A DNA stretch of 60,292 nucleotides, counting the filler, from Deltaproteobacteria bacterium (lineage in GTDB: Bacteria; Myxococcota; JACRCW01), in assembly GCA_016218805.1 (NCBI GenBank). It is 4 parts of 4 records of this genome, joined end to end, with 100 filler letters (N's around TTAATTAATTAA, not from the genome) between each part and the next. Parts side by side here need not be neighbours in the genome. Positions count along the whole stretch, not along the records: positions 1 to 27,271 come from JACRCW010000165.1; 3 more parts are not named here. One strand, given 5' to 3'. Positions 9,592-19,203 of this stretch are shown one piece after another. Made by a program: the position numbers and the translations under genes. The notes below the pieces were generated by a model. It saw nothing but the letters and a program-made list of their open reading frames with translations, was not told where the DNA came from and made no database searches. Position 1 is the stretch's first letter, and every line of letters begins with the position of its first letter.

Positions 9592-10149
9592 ATGGTCACC
9601 GCCGAGTACCGCCTTCGCAACTTCTACATCTACGACGACCTTGCCACGTTTCCCGACGACGGCAAGCGCCGGGAGATCATCGATGGGGATCTTGTCGTGA
9701 ATGCGGCCCCGGTGCCGCGTCACCAGCGGGTGAGCCGCAACCTGCAGCGTATTCTGGACTCACACCTGGTCCGCTCCGGTCAGGGAGAACTGTTCAACGC
9801 GCCCATTGACGTGCGCCTGGGTGAGGACGTGTTTGAACCGGACCTGCTGGTCGTGGTGCCCGGCGCCCAGGCGCGGGTGGCGCAGAAGTACATTGAGGGA
9901 CCGCCGGCGTTGGTGGTGGAGATCCTGTCGCCGTCGTCATCCGAGTGGGACCGCGGCCGCAAGGCCACCGCGTACGCGCGCCATGGCATCCGCGAATACT
10001 GGATCCTGGACCCGGACCGGCGGCTGTTGGAGCGGTTTGTTCTCCGCAACGGCGCGTATGCGCGGGATGCCAGCCAGGGCTCCGGTACCGTGGAGACGCC
10101 GCTGCTGCCGGGATTGCGGGTGCCGTTGGAAGAGGTCTGGGCGGACTGA
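9592..10149 (+). CDS. Uma2 (DUF820) family PD-(D/E)XK endonuclease
   Basis: EIIDGDL, EPDLLVV, LVVEILSPSS, KATAYARHGIREYWILDP. Confidence 0.92.
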   Translation: MVTAEYRLRNFYIYDDLATFPDDGKRREIIDGDLVVNAAPVPRHQRVSRNLQRILDSHLVRSGQGELFNAPIDVRLGEDVFEPDLLVVVPGAQARVAQKYIEGPPALVVEILSPSSSEWDRGRKATAYARHGIREYWILDPDRRLLERFVLRNGAYARDASQGSGTVETPLLPGLRVPLEEVWAD

Positions 10150-10174
10150 CCGTTTTGTAGCGCTTACCCGCGGT

Positions 10175-11803
10175 TCAGAAGCAGCCGCCGTGCGTGTCCT
10201 GGGACATGACGTCCACGTCCTGCAGCGACGCGCCCGCGGCACCCCAGATGACCTTGGCCACGTCCCAGTACTGGTTGCAGCGGGAGAGCTGCTTCACGTA
10301 CTCGCCCAGCAGGGCGCCCTGCACGTAGATGCGCACGTTGACGACGATGGCGGAAGCCGAGCCGGAGTACCAGTGCACACCCACGGTGTAGTTGGCGTTG
10401 AGGGGCGTGTTGATGTTGATGTTCTCCGGCCCGTAGCCGTCCGTGTCATCCACGTCCAGGTGCGGATTGGCGCCGCCGCCGCCCCAGTTGAGCCCGGCGC
10501 CCTTGCAGTTCAGGTAGTAGCAGTCCTCCGTCATGCTGAACCGCGGGCCCAGGTTGCGCACCACGTGCAGGTCAATGTCTGAGTGCGGGTCCTCCCAGGT
10601 GAGCTGGATGTGCAGGTCCTCGGCGGGGACGGAGTTGAGCGTGACGCGCGCGTCATTGGTACTCCAGGCCAGGCTGCTGTCCTCCACCCGCAGGGAAATG
10701 ACGTACGTCCCCGCCACGTCCAGGCCCGGCCGGTTCACGCCGGACGAGTTGAACTGGAAGCCCGTGGTCATCGCCGTGGGCTGCGTCAATTCCACGGTGG
10801 AACCCTCCGGCCGCGACGTGATGGTCCATTCGTACGCGATGATGCTGCGGCCGGTACCGCCGGCCACGCTGTCCGCACCGGTCAGGATGACGTTGTCCAG
10901 CGGTTGCACCGTGGGGGCGGGCCCGGACGGCGGCTGGCTGTTGACGCTCTCCACGCGCGCCACCGCGGTGGGCGCATCACCCACGCGGCCGTGCAACGGG
11001 ATGAGGACGGTCAGCGCAGCGGGGTCCGTGGTGGTCAGCTGGATGGCGCCCTCATACTGCGTGGCATCAGACTGCGGGCGGTATTGCACGCGCATGGTGA
11101 CGCCGGAACCGGGGGACAGCTGGTTGGGAACCGGGAAGAACGGCGCCACAAATCCGCCGGTGTTGCCCATCGCCACGGGCGTGGTGGACGTGAACTCCGC
11201 GGTTTCGATCCTCAACTCCAGCGTTCCTTCGTTGGCCAGTGACACGTCGCAGGAGGCCAGCACGCCCGGGGCCACCTCGCCAAAGTCGCATTCGGGCGGC
11301 GTGATGACCAGGTGCGGAACGCCGGTCTCCTGACCCGTGCCGCCAATGTCGATGACGATGCTGGTCTGGCCCTGGTCCAGGTTGCCCGCGTCCGACAGGA
11401 TGATCAGCTGCGCGCCCAACTGGGAAGCGACGACGGGAGAGAACTTCACCTCGATCTTGCCGACGTCACCCTTGGCAATCTTGGTGGGCGCCGAAACGAC
11501 GGCAAACGCCGGATCGGTGTTGTCGCCCAGCTTGACCTCGATGAGGTTGAGGTCCGCCTCGCCGTCGTCGTAGCCGCCGTTGGGGTTGGTGCGCGCATTG
11601 CGGACGCTGACGAGGATGGTCTGGGCCAGGCCCTGCCGCACGGTGCCGAATTCGGCAGTGCAGTTCTTGATGCCGCGGTCGGTGCACGCGTCGACGTGGA
11701 TGAACGGTTTCAGGGCCGTGAAGATATCCGGTCCGGGGCAACCGGTGCAGGCCTGCGTCAACACCAGCGTGGCCACACCCCACAACGTCGCGTTTCGCGT
11801 CAT
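10175..11803 (-). CDS. Secreted/lipoprotein with two ASH/choice-of-anchor D Ig-like repeats, a PKD-like domain and a YfaP-like C-terminal domain
   Basis: Signal/lipobox TQAC; repeated FGxV...N and V.FxP Ig modules; YEWTITSRPEGS...DVAGTY; DIDLHV...DVDDTDGYGPENI. Confidence 0.75.
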   Translation of the reverse strand: MTRNATLWGVATLVLTQACTGCPGPDIFTALKPFIHVDACTDRGIKNCTAEFGTVRQGLAQTILVSVRNARTNPNGGYDDGEADLNLIEVKLGDNTDPAFAVVSAPTKIAKGDVGKIEVKFSPVVASQLGAQLIILSDAGNLDQGQTSIVIDIGGTGQETGVPHLVITPPECDFGEVAPGVLASCDVSLANEGTLELRIETAEFTSTTPVAMGNTGGFVAPFFPVPNQLSPGSGVTMRVQYRPQSDATQYEGAIQLTTTDPAALTVLIPLHGRVGDAPTAVARVESVNSQPPSGPAPTVQPLDNVILTGADSVAGGTGRSIIAYEWTITSRPEGSTVELTQPTAMTTGFQFNSSGVNRPGLDVAGTYVISLRVEDSSLAWSTNDARVTLNSVPAEDLHIQLTWEDPHSDIDLHVVRNLGPRFSMTEDCYYLNCKGAGLNWGGGGANPHLDVDDTDGYGPENININTPLNANYTVGVHWYSGSASAIVVNVRIYVQGALLGEYVKQLSRCNQYWDVAKVIWGAAGASLQDVDVMSQDTHGGCF

Positions 11804-12010
11804 CAGCAACTCCTGGGGCGTCCCCGGGGGGCGGCCCCCGGATCCACGCCAAACCGTTCGGCGCGGTATGAACGACGCGCCGTCGGGCCGCAACCCCGTG
11901 TCCTACGACAAACGGAGGATGGCTGGCGGTGTGGGCGGTGACGTGGACACGGGCACCCGGTCCCGGGCCATAGGCGCGGGGATCGGCGGTGTGGTAGGCA
12001 TGCGCCGTCC

Positions 12011-12328
12011 ATGCCGTCGCTCTCGCGCAAGCAGGTTCTCTCGCTGGCCACGGTGGTTGCCGCGTTGGTGGCGGCCGTGGCGCTGCTCTCGGAACAGGGC
12101 CTCCCCAACCACCGCCGGCTGGCCAATGAGGCAGACCGTCTGCGGCAGCAGAACCGCGTGTTGCGGGAGGAGAACCGCGTGCGGCGGGACGAGATCGCCT
12201 CCCTGCGCGGGAACCGCCGCTACCAGGAGAAGGTGGTGCGCGAGGACCTGGGTTACGTGAAGCCCGGTGAGCAGTTGTACATCGTGGACACGCCCGCGGC
12301 GGGGAGCGCTCCCCGCGCCGCGCACTGA
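12011..12328 (+). CDS. ftsB: Septum formation initiator FtsB/DivIC
   Basis: Single TM, coiled coil, and EKVVREDLGYVKPGE signature. Confidence 0.9.
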   Translation: MPSLSRKQVLSLATVVAALVAAVALLSEQGLPNHRRLANEADRLRQQNRVLREENRVRRDEIASLRGNRRYQEKVVREDLGYVKPGEQLYIVDTPAAGSAPRAAH

Positions 12329-12359
12329 GTGTCCCCCGCCGCTGGCAGGACGCCGCCAC

Positions 12360-14489
12360 GTGACCCCACCCAACCCGAGTACACCGGAGGACGCACGGCG
12401 CGCGGCGGGCCTGGCCTTGGCCGGTGCGCTGCTGGCGGGACTGGTGGCACTGGCGCTGGCGCAGGCGCGCCTGCTGGGCGATGCGTGGACGCGCACGCTG
12501 CCGTTTCCGGCGGCGCTCCTGTTCCTGGCCGCGGGACTGGCGGCGTGGCGGTTGGACCCGGCGCGCGCACCGGGATGGCGTGAGGCGGCGCTGGGCGCGG
12601 GCGTGCTGGGGCTCCAGGCGGCGTTGCGCCTGTTGCACGGGCCCACCTGGCCGGCGCTGCTGGTGGTGGCGCTGGGCGTGGCCAGTGCGCTGGCGCTGCG
12701 TGGTCAGGAAGGCACGGCGCGGCTGCTCGCCGTGGCGGCGTTTGTTTCTGAAGCGCTGGTGGCACTGGGGCCGCGGCAGGATCTTCCCTCCGTGCTGGCC
12801 ATGGCGTGCGCGGCCGGCGCGGTGCCGCTGCTGGTGGATGCGTCCGTGCGGAGCTGGCGGGAGGGGCTGGTGGAACAGGCACGCCACGCCGTGGACCGCC
12901 GGCTGCGGGAACTGGACCAGGACGCGCGGGACTACCGCCTCATTGGCGCCACCACGCGCACGGACCTGGCCCTCCCGGAAGCGGAACAGCGCCGCACGCG
13001 CGGCAGCGTCAACGCGGTGCGCGAGACGATGCACGGCCTGGTGGAGTTGTGCGCGCGCGTGATGGATCCGCACACGTGCGTGCTGCTGTGGCTGGATGAC
13101 GGCGGTACATCCCTCCGCGTGGCCGAGTTGGTGACGCGCAGCGATTTTCTGGTGCTGGAGGGTCTGGCGGCGGACAAGGGCGTGCCCGGCACCGTGCTCA
13201 AGAAGCGCGCGCCGCTGGCGCTGCACAACATCGGCGCGGATTTTGGCGGCGTGACCTGGTACCACCCGCCGCAGGCGGTGCGCGCGCTGGTGGCGGTGCC
13301 GGTGCTGGAGGGTGAACACCCGCGCGGCGTGCTGCTGTGTGATTGGCTGACGGACCGCGTGACGACGGAGCGGGACACCGTGGTGCTCTCCCAGGTGGCG
13401 CGGGAGATCGTGCGTGCCATGGAGAACGAACGCGCGTTCGGGGGTGTGGACCAGGAGCGGCGGCTGGAGGGCATGCTGTTCCGCGCCAGCCAGGACTTTG
13501 TGCGCGCGGTGACGGTGCCGGAGACGCTGCAGGTGATGCTGGGCGCGGCGCGGCAGGTCACCGGTGCGTCCGCGGCGTTGCTCTTGGCGCGCGAAGGCGC
13601 GGTCCACCGCGTGGTGGTGGCGGACGGCTTCCCCAACGGGACCGCCGGCCGCGAAGTCCCCGCGACGGCGGGCCTGCGCGCGGTGCTGGACGGCCCGCGC
13701 CAGGGGACGGACGTGGCGGGCGCGGACCGCGTGCGCGCGCTGCTGGGCGCGGGGATTGCGGGGGAGGGGTTCCCGGCCGCGCGCCTGTTCCCATTTCACG
13801 ACGAGCAGGGCCTCCACGGTGCGCTGGTGCTGCTGGGCGCGCGCAGCGGCGCGTTTGCTCTGCTGCCGGATGACCGGGTGCAGACCGTGCTCGCGCTGGG
13901 CGGGCTGGCGGTCACCAACCGCCGGCTGTTTGAGAAGATGGAGCGGATGGCCACCACGGACGGGCTCACCGGCCTGGTGAACCACCGCACGTTCCAGGAC
14001 CGCTTTGCTGAGGCGCTCAAGCGCGCGCAGCGCTACCAGCACCCCATTGGCGTCATCCTGACGGACATTGACCATTTCAAGAACGTGAATGACACCTACG
14101 GCCACCCCGTGGGTGACGAAGTCATCCGCCAGGTGGCCGGCGTGCTGCGCCAGGTGGCGCGCACCACGGACATTGTCGCGCGGTACGGCGGCGAGGAGTT
14201 TGCCGTGGTCATGGAGGAGACGGACGCGGAAGGTGGGCTGGCCGTGGCCGAACGCATCCGCCAGTCCGTGCAGGCCATTGTGGTTGAAACCGAGATGGGG
14301 CCGTTGAAGGTGACGTTGTCGCTGGGCGTGGCCGCGTGGCCCACGCACGGCGCGGAGAAGCACCACCTCATTGAGCGCGCGGACCAGGCGCTCTACACCG
14401 CCAAGCACTCCGGGCGTAACCGCGCCGTCATTGGTACGCCCGTCACGCCCGCGCCGCCCCAGGCGGCGCCGGCACCGGAGAAGGCATGA
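12360..14489 (+). CDS. dmxA: Membrane diguanylate cyclase (TM-GAF-GAF-GGDEF), DmxA-like
   Basis: About 6 TMs, two GAF-like regions, DGLTGLVN, DIDHFKNVNDTYGH, RxxD I-site (RTTD) and GGEEF. Architecture and position after ftsB match M. xanthus dmxA; orthology is inferred. Confidence 0.85.
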   Translation: MTPPNPSTPEDARRAAGLALAGALLAGLVALALAQARLLGDAWTRTLPFPAALLFLAAGLAAWRLDPARAPGWREAALGAGVLGLQAALRLLHGPTWPALLVVALGVASALALRGQEGTARLLAVAAFVSEALVALGPRQDLPSVLAMACAAGAVPLLVDASVRSWREGLVEQARHAVDRRLRELDQDARDYRLIGATTRTDLALPEAEQRRTRGSVNAVRETMHGLVELCARVMDPHTCVLLWLDDGGTSLRVAELVTRSDFLVLEGLAADKGVPGTVLKKRAPLALHNIGADFGGVTWYHPPQAVRALVAVPVLEGEHPRGVLLCDWLTDRVTTERDTVVLSQVAREIVRAMENERAFGGVDQERRLEGMLFRASQDFVRAVTVPETLQVMLGAARQVTGASAALLLAREGAVHRVVVADGFPNGTAGREVPATAGLRAVLDGPRQGTDVAGADRVRALLGAGIAGEGFPAARLFPFHDEQGLHGALVLLGARSGAFALLPDDRVQTVLALGGLAVTNRRLFEKMERMATTDGLTGLVNHRTFQDRFAEALKRAQRYQHPIGVILTDIDHFKNVNDTYGHPVGDEVIRQVAGVLRQVARTTDIVARYGGEEFAVVMEETDAEGGLAVAERIRQSVQAIVVETEMGPLKVTLSLGVAAWPTHGAEKHHLIERADQALYTAKHSGRNRAVIGTPVTPAPPQAAPAPEKA

Positions 14490-15796
14490 AGAAGCAATAC
14501 GTGCTGGACACCAACGTGTTGTTGCATGACCCCCGGGGCATCTTTGCGTTTGAGGACAACGACGTCATCATCCCCATCTACTGCATTGAGGAGGTGGACG
14601 GGTTCAAGAAGGAGCAGTCCGAGCGCGGGCGCAACGCGCGCCAGATCACGCGCTACCTGGACCAGCTGCGCGCGGATGGGCAGCTGCGTGACGGCGTCAA
14701 GCTGGACGGCGGCGGCATGCTCAAGGTGGTCTTCACGGAACGCCGCGTCCCCGGCGAAGCCAACCCCAACCGCGACATGGACGCCAAGATCCTGGCGTGC
14801 GCGCTGGAGGCGCGGGACCGCGCGCGGGACGTCAAGACCGTGTTTGTCACCATGGACACCAACCTGCGCATCCGCGCGGACGCGGCCGGCGTGGAGTCCG
14901 AAAACTACGAGCACGACAGCCTGGAGGTGAATGAGCTGTACACCGGCGTCTCGGAAAAGGACGTCGACGGAAAGGACATTGACACGTTCTACGCGCAGGG
15001 CTGGCTGCCGCTGGAGGACCCGTACTACTCGCCCAATGAGTTCATCCACCTCAAGGACCGCGAGAAGGAGAGCCACACCGCGCTGGGGAAGTTCCACCAG
15101 GAGTCCCAGCGCGTGGTCCCCATCAACAAGCCCAAGGACGGCGTGTGGGGCATCCGCAGCCGCAACAAGGAGCAGGCCTTTGCGCTGGACCTGCTGCTCA
15201 ATGATGAAATCAAGCTCATCACGCTGGTGGGCAAAGCCGGCACCGGCAAGACGCTGGTGGCGCTGGCCGCAGGGCTGCAGAAAGTCACGGAAGAGTCCAT
15301 CTACTCGCGCCTGCTGGTGAGCCGCCCTGTGTTCCCGCTGGGACGCGACATTGGCTACCTGCCCGGCACCGTGGAGGAGAAGCTCAACCCGTGGATGCAG
15401 CCCATCTATGACAACGTGGAATACCTGATGGGGCTGTCCCAGAAGGACAAGAAGAGCGGCCGCAGCTGGCGCGAACTGGTCGACATGGGCGTGCTGCAGA
15501 TCGAACCGCTCACGTACATCCGCGGCCGGTCCATCCCCCAGCAGTTCATGATCGTGGACGAGGCGCAGAACCTCACGCCGCACGAGATCAAGACCATCAT
15601 CACGCGCGCGGGCCAGGACACCAAGATTGTGCTGACCGGTGACCCCTACCAGATTGACAACCCGTACGTGGACGCCACCAACAACGGGCTGGTGCACATC
15701 GTGAACCGGTTCCGGTCGGAGAAGATCGCCGGGCACGTCACGCTCACCCGCGGTGAGCGCAGCCAGCTGGCGGAACTCGCGTCCAACCTGCTGTGA
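14486..15796 (+). CDS. PIN-PhoH protein (PhoH2/YlaK-like)
   Basis: N-terminal PIN (YVLDTNVLLHD), Walker A GKAGTGKT, IGYLPG, YIRGRS, DEAQN, GDPYQID. Confidence 0.93.
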   Translation: MKKQYVLDTNVLLHDPRGIFAFEDNDVIIPIYCIEEVDGFKKEQSERGRNARQITRYLDQLRADGQLRDGVKLDGGGMLKVVFTERRVPGEANPNRDMDAKILACALEARDRARDVKTVFVTMDTNLRIRADAAGVESENYEHDSLEVNELYTGVSEKDVDGKDIDTFYAQGWLPLEDPYYSPNEFIHLKDREKESHTALGKFHQESQRVVPINKPKDGVWGIRSRNKEQAFALDLLLNDEIKLITLVGKAGTGKTLVALAAGLQKVTEESIYSRLLVSRPVFPLGRDIGYLPGTVEEKLNPWMQPIYDNVEYLMGLSQKDKKSGRSWRELVDMGVLQIEPLTYIRGRSIPQQFMIVDEAQNLTPHEIKTIITRAGQDTKIVLTGDPYQIDNPYVDATNNGLVHIVNRFRSEKIAGHVTLTRGERSQLAELASNLL

Positions 15797-15919
15797 GAGT
15801 GACGCGGCGTCATGTGGGGACAGGTACGCGGCAACTCCAGCGGGATCTCGACGAAAAATCCATGGTCACGCTGATGACGGCCGTGTTAACAACGCGTCGT
15901 CAACCGGAGGAGAGAACCC

Positions 15920-16198
15920 ATGAGCATCGGAACGCTTCGAACCAACACCCTCAACGCGGCCACTGCGGCCAAGGACGCAGGACTCATTGACCAGGCGCAG
16001 TTTGCCCGCATGACGGACGGGACGGTGTCCCTCAATGACGTGCGCACGGCGCGGGAGCTGGCCACCAACCACGCCGGCGAAGAAAAGGGCGACCTGGCGT
16101 CCAACCTGTACAACGCCATCGCCGCGCAGAACAACGCGCAGGGCGTGCTGACAAACATCGCCGAGGCGGTGAGGGATCGCAACGCCCGCAAGCCGTGA
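15920..16198 (+). CDS. Hypothetical 92-aa helical protein
   Basis: Strong RBS GGAGGAG and host-like codon usage. Confidence 0.7.
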   Translation: MSIGTLRTNTLNAATAAKDAGLIDQAQFARMTDGTVSLNDVRTARELATNHAGEEKGDLASNLYNAIAAQNNAQGVLTNIAEAVRDRNARKP

Positions 16199-16254
16199 CG
16201 ACGTTGAAGGAAGCTGCGGGCACGCCACTTCCGTGACCCGCGCGGACGGTCCCC

Positions 16255-16686
16255 ATGGCAGCCAAGAAGACTCCCGACCAGGGTGCGCCGCTGGACGCCG
16301 TGGTGGCGCAGCTGGCGCGTGACTTTGCGCTCACGCGGGGCAAGGTGGCCCTCCCCGTCGCCAAGTACGACCAGTGGAAGGCGGAGATGGAGGTGACCGC
16401 GCGCGGTGACCGGGAGAAGCGCGCGCAAGGCGTGCTGGCCCTGGCGGCGCGGTTCCAGCGCGAAGGCGGCAAGGCCGCCGACGAGGGCATCCGGCAGCTG
16501 TGCTCGCTGGCGGCCATCCTGGTGGGGAAGCAGAAGGTGAAGGCGGCCGCCGCACCGTTGGGCCTGGAGAAGCAGGCGCAGCGGTTCCTGGCCAATGAGA
16601 GTTCGCCGCGCGCGCCGCGCGTGGATGACAAACCGCCGGCGGGCACGCTCAAGGTGGGGAGCCTCACGGGTCCGCGGCGGGGCTGA
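16255..16686 (+). CDS. Hypothetical basic helical protein
   Basis: Host-like GC3 codon pattern; no recognised motif. Confidence 0.7.
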   Translation: MAAKKTPDQGAPLDAVVAQLARDFALTRGKVALPVAKYDQWKAEMEVTARGDREKRAQGVLALAARFQREGGKAADEGIRQLCSLAAILVGKQKVKAAAAPLGLEKQAQRFLANESSPRAPRVDDKPPAGTLKVGSLTGPRRG

Positions 16687-16814
16687 CGCGGGATTTGTCG
16701 CTCTTACCGGTTCCCCATTGGCGCATGCGTTGCCGGAGGTGGTGCCGGCGCACCGGGATGCAGCCACGCCGCGCTGCTCATGGCGGCGGTCCACACCGGG
16801 GCGCCCCCCCCAGG

Positions 16815-16843
16815 TTGACACCACCGCGGCCCATCTCTACACC
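16815..16843 (+). promoter_or_regulatory. Sigma70-type promoter of the rib operon (TTGACA-N17-TACACC)
   Basis: Perfect -35 at 16815-16820, 17-nt spacer, -10-like TACACC ending 9 nt before the ribE ATG. Confidence 0.55.
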
Positions 16844-16852
16844 CGGCCGCCC

Positions 16853-17494
16853 ATGTTCACCGGCCTCGTCGAAGCCACCGGCGAAATTGCCCGCGCGGAA
16901 CCGCGAGCCGGGAGCCTGCGCCTGGTGGTGCGGTCCCCGCTGGAAGTGGACGCGCTGGGTGCCAGCGTGGCGGTGGACGGCGCGTGTTTCACCGTGGTGG
17001 AACGCGGTGCCGGGACGCTGGCGTTTGACGTGGGGCCGGAATCCCTGGCGCGCACTGTGGCGGGCAGCTACCGCGCAGGCACGCGCGTGAACCTGGAGCG
17101 CGCGCTGGCCGCGGGGGCGCGGCTGGGCGGGCACTTTGTGCTGGGGCACGTGGATGCCTTGGGGACCCTGGAACGCATTTCCCCTCGCGGGGATGCGCGG
17201 GACTTGCTCATCCGCGCCGGGCGGGACGTCATGGACCTCACGCCACCCAAGGGGAGCATCACCGTCAACGGCATCAGCCTCACGGTCAACGCCTCACACG
17301 GCGAAACGTTTGAAGTGAGCATCATCCCGCACACGTGGGAGCGCACCATGCTGGGCACCGCGCGCGAAGGTGACCGGGTGAACCTGGAGACGGACGTGCT
17401 GGCGCGCACCGTGGCGTGGCTGTTGGCGCGCCGGGGTACGGTGTCCCCGGCGGGCCTCACCGTGGACAAGCTCAAGGAGGCGGGATTCCTGTGA
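16853..17494 (+). CDS. ribE: Riboflavin synthase (alpha chain)
   Basis: MFTGLVE N-terminus, SVAVDGACFTV, VNLERAL, GGHFVLGHVD, KGSITVNGISLTV. Confidence 0.96.
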   Translation: MFTGLVEATGEIARAEPRAGSLRLVVRSPLEVDALGASVAVDGACFTVVERGAGTLAFDVGPESLARTVAGSYRAGTRVNLERALAAGARLGGHFVLGHVDALGTLERISPRGDARDLLIRAGRDVMDLTPPKGSITVNGISLTVNASHGETFEVSIIPHTWERTMLGTAREGDRVNLETDVLARTVAWLLARRGTVSPAGLTVDKLKEAGFL

Positions 17495-18666
17495 ACGCGT
17501 CACTCATGCCCACGGACCGGGAGTTGGAAGCGCGGGTGCAGGCCGCGCTGGAGGACCTGCGCGCCGGGCGCATGCTCATCCTGGTTGATGACGAGGACCG
17601 CGAGAACGAAGGCGACCTGGTGTGCGCGGGGGAGAAGGCCACGCCGGACATCATCCGCTTCATGATGGAGAACGCGCGCGGCGAGTTCTGCCTGGCGCTG
17701 AGCACGGTGAAGGCGGACGCGCTGAACCTGCCGTTGCAGGTGGCCGACCCGACGAGCCCGCGCGGTACCGCGTTCACCGTCACCATTGACGCGCGCGCCG
17801 GGGGCACGGGCGTGTCCGCGGCGGACCGCGCGCTCACGTGCGTCACCGCGGCGCGCGCGGACTGCCGCCCGGATGACCTGCTGCGGCCCGGGCACATCCA
17901 CCCGCTGCGCGCGCGGGCGGGCGGCGTGCTGGTGCGCACCGGCCATACGGAGGGCAGCGTGGACCTGGTCACGCTGGCCGGCATGCAACCGGCGGCGCTG
18001 ATCATTGAGGTGGTGAAGGCCAACGGTGACATGGCGCGGCTGCCGGACCTGCAGGCGCTGGCGCGTGACCACGCCCTGCGCGTGCTGACCATTGCGGACC
18101 TGGTGGCGTACCGGCTCATGCATGAGAGCCTGGTGCGCAAGGTCTCTGACGAGGAGGTGGTCACGCGCTGGGGGCGGTTCCGCGCGTGCGTGTTTGAAGG
18201 CGTGGTGGACCAGCGCGAAGCGGTGGCGTTTGTGCGCGGTGACCCGGCGCGCGCGGACGCGCCGTTGGTGCGCGTCCACTCCGGCACCGGCCCGTGGGAG
18301 ATGTTCCCGGGGCTGGTGGGTGACGGCGGCACCAAGCTGGACGAGGGCCTGCGCGCCATTGCCCAGGCGGACGCGGGCGTGTTCCTGTACCTGCCCATGG
18401 AGCACCCCGGACCGCGGCTGTCCGAACTGCTGGCCGAGCAGGCGGCAGCGCGTGCGCGCGGCGAGTCATTCCAGCAGCGGGGTGGCCCGCCGCCGGGGCA
18501 GAGCCAGGGCATGCGGCACTACGGCATTGGCGCGCAGGTGCTCCGCGCGCTGGGGCTGCACCGCATCCGGCTGATGAGCAACAACCCGGTGCGCCTCAAG
18601 GCCATTCACGGGTTTGGGCTGGACATCACGGAAGTGGTTCCCATCCCGCCGCTGCCGGCAACCTGA
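17491..18666 (+). CDS. ribB: 3,4-dihydroxy-2-butanone-4-phosphate synthase fused to a degenerate GTP cyclohydrolase II domain (RibBX type)
   Basis: RibB motifs DDEDRENEGD, TAFTVTIDA, RPGHIHPL, RTGHTEG. The C-terminal domain keeps RVHS and YGIGAQ..MSNNP but lacks the Zn-binding cysteines. Confidence 0.92.
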   Translation: MNASLMPTDRELEARVQAALEDLRAGRMLILVDDEDRENEGDLVCAGEKATPDIIRFMMENARGEFCLALSTVKADALNLPLQVADPTSPRGTAFTVTIDARAGGTGVSAADRALTCVTAARADCRPDDLLRPGHIHPLRARAGGVLVRTGHTEGSVDLVTLAGMQPAALIIEVVKANGDMARLPDLQALARDHALRVLTIADLVAYRLMHESLVRKVSDEEVVTRWGRFRACVFEGVVDQREAVAFVRGDPARADAPLVRVHSGTGPWEMFPGLVGDGGTKLDEGLRAIAQADAGVFLYLPMEHPGPRLSELLAEQAAARARGESFQQRGGPPPGQSQGMRHYGIGAQVLRALGLHRIRLMSNNPVRLKAIHGFGLDITEVVPIPPLPAT

Positions 18667-18719
18667 ACGTGCGGCGCGCCGCCACGGCAGGCAGCGGCGC
18701 CGGGAGGAGAGAAGGTTCC

Positions 18720-19199
18720 ATGGGTCCCACCGTCATTGAAGGCCAGGTCACCGCCGCGGGCATGAAGCTTGGCCTGGTGGTGGCGCGGTTCAACAGCTTC
18801 ATTGGGGACCGGCTGGAGGCGGGCGCGCTGGACGCGTTTGCCCGGCACGGCGGGTCCGTTTCCGACGTCACGGTGGTGCGGGTGCCGGGCAGCTTTGAAG
18901 TGCCGGGCGCCGCGCGCCTGCTGGTGAAGCAGGGCAAGGTGGACGCGGTGGTGTGCCTGGGCGCGGTCATCCGCGGGAACACCCCGCACTTTGACTACGT
19001 CAGCGGCGAGGCCGCCAAGGGCGTGGGCCACCTGGCGGCCAGTTGTGACGTGCCGGTGATCTTTGGCGTGCTGACGTGCGACACCATTGAGCAGGCGATT
19101 GACCGGGCCGGCGCCAAGCACGGCAACAAGGGCGCGGAGGCGGTGGTGACCGCGCTGGAGATGGTGGGCGTATACCGGCAACTGCAGAAGCGCAGGTGA
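18720..19199 (+). CDS. ribH: 6,7-dimethyl-8-ribityllumazine synthase
   Basis: VARFN, VPGSFEVP, LGAVIRGNTPHFDYV, FGVLT, GNKG. Confidence 0.97.
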   Translation: MGPTVIEGQVTAAGMKLGLVVARFNSFIGDRLEAGALDAFARHGGSVSDVTVVRVPGSFEVPGAARLLVKQGKVDAVVCLGAVIRGNTPHFDYVSGEAAKGVGHLAASCDVPVIFGVLTCDTIEQAIDRAGAKHGNKGAEAVVTALEMVGVYRQLQKRR

Positions 19200-19203
19200 G
19201 CGC

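Noticed and set aside
9592..10149. Uma2 nuclease as part of a defence system
   Set aside because: Solitary, with no partner genes; the family is highly multicopy in such genomes.
11466..14408. Long antisense or alternative-frame ORFs (also 7502-9562, 14393-15736, 34303-35982, 39822-41951, 49911-51344)
   Set aside because: Shadow ORFs of real genes caused by high GC3; they are Arg/Ala/His-rich and carry no motifs.
16687..16852. FMN riboswitch upstream of the rib operon
   Set aside because: The conserved RFN segments (GGGCGGGGTGAAATTCCC, AGTCCGGATG) are absent.
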